From positions 16,802,001-16,866,000 of the forward strand of contig CM022676.1 of assembly GCA_012295275.1 (NCBI GenBank): a stretch of 64,000 nt of DNA, written 5' to 3'. The DNA is from Chrysomallon squamiferum. Its lineage: Eukaryota; Animalia; Mollusca. A program made the translations under genes and the position numbers. Position 1 is the first letter of the stretch. Each line of letters starts with the position of its first letter. The notes under the pieces are model-generated. The model was not told where the DNA came from. It was given only the letters and a program-made list of their open reading frames with translations, and did no database searches. Positions 59,380-64,000 of the stretch are shown piece after piece.

Positions 59380-61430
59380 CAAAATTGGTTCCATTAATTT
59401 ATCAAATAAATCAAGTACACAGTCGATGGAGAAATTATTCTGATGTTTTAAGATATTATTGTATACACAGCTTTCATTGCTTTCTTATATATCTTTGTTA
59501 TATACGTTGTAAGTGAATAGAAGTTTTTTTGTGTTTTTCTTATGTATATGTGCATATATAGTTATCAGTCATATCAATATTTTCTCCATAGAACTAACAC
59601 ATAATAAATACGAAGTTTTCTCCGTGTATAGAGAATCATTATCTTAGTTTCATTTGTCAAACACATTAAAATTATGCTGGAAAGCATCCGAACATTTTGC
59701 TAACATTATTGTAATGTCAGCTTATAGTAGAATAAAAGCTTAACATAAACATTACATTTTCATTGTTGCAATTTATTCTGGTACATTTGCCTTACTATCT
59801 GTAAGAAACACTTCTAAGTCATGTAGAAAACAAAAATGACGAGGGATTTTCTCCTTGCCTGATACCGATTTCAGAATCAGACAACAAACCGTTCGCTGTA
59901 TTTCTTGCATTAGTATCTTAAGTGATATTCACTAAAACAGTAAAACATTTCCTATTTTTACCAGACCTAATTAACTTATTCCATAATCAAGTTCTGCAGA
60001 CTATCACATCTTCAAAAGCCTTCTCAAAATCAATAAAAGCCAAATATATATATATATATATATATTTTATTATTTTATTTCATTTTATTATTTATTCATT
60101 TACTTATTATTATTTTTGATTTATTTACATTTGTTCATTAAAATAATTATAGACCATAAAGACAATAAGTGGTCCGTTATGGAATAACTTTTACGAAATA
60201 CAGCTTGATTTTGTAAATGCAGATTTGATGTATTTGCAAACTTATCTAATTCAGAATTCAGTACAGATTCAAATAATATACCGAAAGAGATTGATAATGT
60301 AACAGGTCTATAGATTTCTCGTTCTCTTCTGGCACTTTTATTCTTATATACTGGTTTAACGCGTCCCATCAACCAACTAGATGTTACAGTTGATGTTTGA
60401 AGAATAACCTTAAACTATAGAATATATAAAGGTAACATAATGTTAACAGTATATATTAATATATTCATCAGTAATAAAGTCTTCTCCGCCTGGTTGATCA
60501 CTGTTAACTGCTCTAGATATTTCGTCGGCTGAAAAAGGGTTGTTCAAAATATCATTAGTTCTTTCTTGGCTTTCAGTGTGCAATTTTCATCAACGCTACA
60601 GTTAAAGGTTTTGAAAAAAAAAATCAATTAACACATGTTCTTCTGATAGTCAGTGTTTATTGCTGTTAAGAACTGACCAGTACTCTATTGGATTTGACGT
60701 TTTTAGCATTTTCATTTTACGTTTAACAGATATTTTACGTTCCCTAATTGATCTATTTAGTGTTTGTTTGAATTGATTCTCTTTGTACTTCAAGTTAGTT
60801 TTCAGTATACATCCACAATATTGTTTAAATCTTTGTCTCTCTTCCCTGATATCTTTGTGGCAGTTTTGCAAGCTCTGTTAAACCCGACCTGATTATAATG
60901 ATGCTTATTGTAATGTAGGTTGGTTTCTTTCCAAACGTATCTTTAGCTGCAGTTGTAAATATTATATTTATATCTGAGACTATATTATTTATAAATTCAG
61001 AATAAACGTCCGCAGACTTGCAGTTTTGTAAGTTTTGTGATACTTCATTTAGTAAAGGCTTCCGATGTTGCTTTTTTTAAGTTATAACAAAATTCTTGCT
61101 TTTACATCATTTCCCTCGAACTTCCTTTGAGCCTTCTCAGGTATCAGTTACTTTGTTTCCAGGATGTATTCGTGTTCGCATTTAGGACTATGGGCATTTT
61201 TAGGACTATGGGCAAAATTTAATAAAGAATATAAGAAAATGGCAAAATGTTCCAGACATGAAAAACATATTATAAAGAAACAAGTATATTCCCAACACAT
61301 CTATCTTCATTTATCCTTTGATACTCGTCGATTTAACATATTTAAATATGTTGATAAAATGGTGCAGATGAACGCATTTTCATAAACTATAGGATTAAAG
61401 TTAATATTATCTGTTATTTTCTTCTTTTTT
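59380..61430 (-). mobile_element. Decayed non-LTR retrotransposon (LINE, CR1/L2-like) ORF2 remnant
   Basis: Minus-strand RT motifs occur in the correct order: YRPVTLSISFGILFESVLN..NQAVFRKSYSITDHL (60121-60372), AFIDFEKAF (~60010-60040), GIRQGENPSSFLF (~59830-59868) and FILL*ADITI (a YADD relic, ~59710-59740). Many stops and frameshifts; boundaries approximate. Confidence 0.88.
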
Positions 61431-61559
61431 TTTAAAATGTAGAAAAGAAACATTATGAACAATCCTGCAAAGAATAATTCTTGAACATGAGGAATAAACT
61501 GTAATCTTTACTAAAATTTGCTTTTTCTATCTCCTTCTCTTTCTCTCTCGCTAGATAGT

Positions 61560-63600
61560 GTTTTATCGTTCAAGGTATATACAACACTCAAAGACTTTAT
61601 ACAATGGTAGGAGTGTTAATTAAAATAAAAATAAAATATGAACTGATATTAGATAATATTATAGGTTGCATATTATTATATATTACTTTAATTTTATTTA
61701 CAAATTTGTCTTCTTGTTATGCTAGATCACGTGTTTAACAACCTACAATTTACTTACAGATAATTTTAAAATGCTGTTCCCCTCTCCCCCTACCTCCGAA
61801 TACTTCAGTATACTGGTCTTAGTTGTTTGACTATTAAATATATTGTAAAGTGTCTGTTTGTTTGTTATGTAGGGTACATACAAATCTTGTGTCACTGATA
61901 CAGGAGACACACTAAGGTATACTGGGTGTTATTTACGAGGATCAAACCTTAAACAGGATCTACTGTTTCAATAGGTTAGAGCAAGACAGATTATTCTAAG
62001 TTACTGTCATACGTATAAACTACTTTGTGTGTATGAGTGTGTCTGCAAATTTCTGTTTATGTTTGCCTGCATATATTTGTCTTCGTGTGTATATGTGTAT
62101 ATGTCTGTATGTGTAAACTGATTTCTTGACTTACAGATTTTTACAAAAAGAATGTTGAAACACAAATCCCGTAATCACATGATACCTCCATTGTTTCTGT
62201 CAGAAGCTATCAAGCTGTAACATGAGATTTACCACTGATAGAATATCAGCTACATAATTGGGATGAAGAATTTCTAGATATATTTTACATCCATTCTTAG
62301 TTATCATTATCATTTAGCAAAAACCAAAAATCCACTCATAATCACACTACTCATTTAGTATGAGCAAAATATATTTTCATTATATCTTTGACGCAAGAAG
62401 GGATAGGATTATCCTAAAAATAAAATTCATTGAGTACATAATTGTTAAGACATGTTGATAACATTGATTCACACTGCGCTGTTGTATTGATAAATGGTTG
62501 CGTATTGTTCTCACCAGTTGTGTTATTCTAATTAATATCTCTAATAATACGATTCTTTGATAGTCGATGAATCAACTATTTTTAAGTGTTTTGTACTAGA
62601 GACACTAAAGATATTTATTTCTCAAATTCGGAATTCGATGAAGAATTTATCCAAATTGGCTGAACCAATACAGATTTTCATAACAGAATATTCTGTAATT
62701 GAACATACGAATATGTAAATCGTTGTTCAGAGAATCGCGCGCGCGCACACACACACACACACGCGCACTCAAAGAAACAGAAAAAACATACAATCACATT
62801 TAGAAACTTTCACATAAATATCTTGGGATATTTTAGCTTGCCTTTCTGAAGTATATATAATGATAAGCAAGTTTGAACAAATAAATATAGATAGATAAAT
62901 AGAGAGATAGATAAATAGACAGACAGAAAGACAGAGAGACAGTCAGACAGACAGGTAGACATAGATAGATATTCAGACAGACAGACAGGTAGACATAGAT
63001 AGATATTCAGACAGACAGACAGGTTGACATAGATAGATATTCAGACAGTCAGACAGACAGACAGGTAGACATAGATATATATTCAGGCAGACAGACAGAC
63101 AGACAGATATATATATACTACAACAAAAAAGGTTTTCTTCACTGTTCTTTATAATAATACTTTTTTTTCTTGATTTCATCAGTGTGATACGTTCCACTTC
63201 AGCTACTAGTAACAAACAGGTGAACGATTACCAAATAAACTGCGTCAGTCAAAGTGCAATGTATATAAAGCTAGCAATAAGCATCTGAATTAAAATAGTG
63301 GTGTTTGATGCAGACAGACTGATGTAGACAGTTCTTAATTAAGAAATGTATTTCTTTCCGTACATCTGGAATTATTCATTTGTTACACCTACAGCTATTT
63401 CAGGTATGTCATTATTTTGTTTATATATATATAGTTATTAAGAGTGAAATACCGAACAATAATACTAATAAAATTACATACACAAAGTAAATTATCGATT
63501 AACTCTGAGGTCATCCGACAATCGTAAACTTTTATATTTGTTTCAAAATAACAAATCGCACAAAAATTCTAAGAATATTTTTCTTTGAATTTATTAACCA
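61560..63600. repeat. Further copy of the non-coding repeat unit seen at ~350-2240 and ~5400-5830
   Basis: Collinear blocks: TTTACAAATTTGTCTTC.TGTTATGC, GTGTCACTGATAC, AATCCCGTA, GAAGAATTTATCCAAA and GTGTGATACGTTCCACTTCAGCTACTAGTAACAAACAGGTG. Confidence 0.85.
62885..63118. repeat. (AGAC/AGAT)n compound repeat with a ~32-40 bp higher-order unit
   Basis: AGACAGACAGGTAGACATAGATAGATATTC-like unit repeated about four times. Confidence 0.85.
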
Positions 63601-64000
63601 TTTCATTTCTTTGTATCATTGTTCATTTCACATGGTATGCAAGATGATATTGATATAACGATTTCAAATTTTGAAACATATAAAACATATACAAACAGTT
63701 TGTTATAAAAGACTGGCTGTCTCAGTACCAGTAGTGAACTATTGCTGCCTGAACTGAACAACAAACTTTCACTTGTTAAAAAATGTATACACAGCACAAA
63801 CATTGCCCGTCAGTACGTAGACATTTTAAAATTAGTTTGAATATAATATCATCCATTTCTCTGATAATATTTCGATTCTATATATATATATATATATATA
63901 CACCAGGGAGCGGAACAACTGAAACCATCTTTTAGACTCAGAATAACTGTTATTATCCAATATTGTATCAATATTGTTGTTATCAAAGAAGCATGCAAAC

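Overview
AT-rich, microsatellite-dense eukaryotic genomic DNA with spliceosomal introns and two 200-N assembly gaps (17849-18048, 36226-36425). An invertebrate, plausibly a mollusc, is an inference from composition and domain style only. The core is a + strand locus of cell-surface receptors whose domain boundaries all fall in intron phase 1. (i) 18.6-36.2 kb holds a lone Ig exon, a deletion-scarred Ig2 stub, then about 5.6 near-identical tandem copies of a ~2.8 kb three-exon cassette (Ig 255 nt, Ig 279 nt, FN3 300 nt) that splice in frame into (Ig-Ig-FN3)n. (ii) 37.1-51.0 kb holds a 5'-incomplete 15-exon gene: 4x six-Cys two-exon SRCR, Ig, Ig, FN3, TM and a tail with two YxxL motifs (STYTNL fits the ITIM consensus); it uses two apparent GC donors. 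(iii) 53.5-57.8 kb holds a second intact TM plus three-exon tail with changed tyrosine motifs whose own FN3 exon is destroyed, a candidate alternative signalling tail. Also present: two internally deleted Tigger/pogo elements, a decayed Gypsy LTR+gag, a decayed LINE, a ~58 bp-arm hairpin downstream of the second stop, and an unexplained decayed multi-kb non-coding repeat family on both flanks. Exons were read by eye from splice signals and frame continuity; no expression data are available.
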